The translations under genes were made by a program, and so were the position numbers. Positions 62,746 through 64,000 of a stretch of 64,000 nt of DNA are shown piece by piece. The DNA is from Blastocatellia bacterium. GTDB taxonomy: Bacteria; Acidobacteriota; Blastocatellia; UBA7656. Every line of letters begins with the position of its first letter. Within the stretch, counting starts at the first letter, position 1. Under the pieces are notes generated by a model. The model ran no database searches. It was not told where the DNA came from and saw only the letters and a list, made by a program, of their open reading frames with translations. The stretch lies in contig CAVXWP010000012.1 in NCBI GenBank assembly GCA_963765495.1, forward strand, positions 128,001 to 192,000, written 5' to 3'.

Positions 62746-63954
62746 ATGATTCGCTCAAGCAGTAAGAGGATCGCAATGGCAGCCCTTGTTTTGACCCTGG
62801 CCTTTGCGATTTTGCTGACCCCCGCTCCGCCCATCAATGCCTCCGATCACGGTGACGCGCCGATCAATTCTAACGATCAGGCCATTGATCAGGGTGACAC
62901 CTATGCTTTCCTCGATCCGAATGATAATTCAAAGCTGGTTATTATGCTGACCGTGCGTGGCTTTATCGTTCCCGGCGAGGCCGTCAACTTTGCCTTCTTC
63001 GACCACCTGGTCAGTTACAGGTTCCGCCTGGAGACGAACGGCGATGCCAACCCGGATGAAATTATTTCCATTCGCTTCTCGGAACGAACCTCTACGAGTG
63101 TGCCGCAAACAGCGACAGTAATATTGCCGAATGGTCAGACCTTTACGGCCCCGACCACGCTGCCTACTCTCTCGGGCACTCCCAATCCGCCTACGGTAAC
63201 GACCGATTCCAGTTCAGGAGTCTCTTTCTTTGCGGGCGAAGTGGATGATCCATTCTTCTTCGATATCCCGGCCTTTTCGCGTTTCCGCTCATCGGTGCTT
63301 GCCGGTACGCCGGATGCCTCGCAGCTTAGTCGCGGGCGCGACTCTTTTGCGGGCTATAATATTCTGGCGATTGCGCTCAGCATCCCCGTATCTAATTTCA
63401 GCCTGAATGGAAAAGATCAGATCGGCGTTTATTCCGAAACCCGCCGCCAGAGAAAGATAACGATAAACAATGACGGCACGATCACCGGCTCGGGAGAATT
63501 CAGAACCCTTGATCGTAGCGGGATTCCGGGGATCAATGCCCTGATCATTCCGTTTGCCCGCAAGAACGAATACAACGCCTCGACGCCTGTTGATGATGCC
63601 AGAGGCAAGTTCGCAGCCGACATCATCGCCACGTTCAAGGCGCTCGGGACGAACGACGAGAACATAGCGATTCTCGCAAGCGTAGCCGTGCTCAACGGCG
63701 ATTATCTCCGCGTCAATCTCGGTGTTGCAAACACAGGCTCGGGCGGAGGCACAAACGCGGGCGCGGGCTTCCCGAACGGACGCCGTCTGGCCGACGATGT
63801 GATTGACGCGTTTCTCACCTTCGTCGCCAACCAGACTCCGCTCGGCGATAATGTCGATTCAAACGACGTAGCTTTCCGCGATACTTTCCCGTTCCTGGCC
63901 CCGCCGCAACAGCCACGCACGGCAGGAACTACGGACGACAACACGCGCAACTAG
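62746..63954 (+). CDS. secreted DUF4331-family protein
   Basis: Signal peptide, ASDHGDAP, DDPFFFD, FPNGRRLADDVID, FPFLAPP; AAGGAG RBS. Confidence 0.88.
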   Translation: MIRSSSKRIAMAALVLTLAFAILLTPAPPINASDHGDAPINSNDQAIDQGDTYAFLDPNDNSKLVIMLTVRGFIVPGEAVNFAFFDHLVSYRFRLETNGDANPDEIISIRFSERTSTSVPQTATVILPNGQTFTAPTTLPTLSGTPNPPTVTTDSSSGVSFFAGEVDDPFFFDIPAFSRFRSSVLAGTPDASQLSRGRDSFAGYNILAIALSIPVSNFSLNGKDQIGVYSETRRQRKITINNDGTITGSGEFRTLDRSGIPGINALIIPFARKNEYNASTPVDDARGKFAADIIATFKALGTNDENIAILASVAVLNGDYLRVNLGVANTGSGGGTNAGAGFPNGRRLADDVIDAFLTFVANQTPLGDNVDSNDVAFRDTFPFLAPPQQPRTAGTTDDNTRN

Positions 63955-64000
63955 CTGAGACGTAGCTAAGTGTCGCGCTTCTCCCGCGCTGAGGCGTCCG

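Overview
Mostly housekeeping chromosome from a Gram-negative, moderately GC-rich bacterium. Gene content and order (fused lptC/lptA-lptB-rpoN-hpf-rapZ, SYLF, DUF4331, S46/M16 peptidases) suggest Acidobacteriota, possibly Blastocatellia; this is inference. About 50 CDS are present: a sigma54 two-component pair facing a sigma54-promoter CBS gene, oppD/F, the rpoN operon, recJ, a beta-mannan utilisation locus, fmt/miaA, exported peptidases, gntK-tal-zwf, ppiD/surA, speA plus a deoxyhypusine-synthase-like gene, and cobB-larC-folE-metG. I saw no rRNA, tRNA, CRISPR, transposase or prophage. Main unexplained signals: (1) more than 15 intergenic fold-back elements built from 7-, 8- or 9-nt periodic repeats with different unit sequences but one architecture, sitting at or overlapping gene 3' ends, with one unit also forming an 11-copy in-frame array in the LptC-LptA linker; (2) a DHS homologue beside speA with both conserved Lys replaced by Arg, a candidate pseudoenzyme; (3) an unannotated structured small RNA with its own promoter, operator-like palindrome, C-rich loops and terminator; (4) several odd small or secreted proteins (56-aa basic ORF missed by the track, secreted JAB protein, Zn-finger/Arg-repeat protein, NYN protein with a prion-like tail). 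All family calls come from motif recognition by eye, not database searches.
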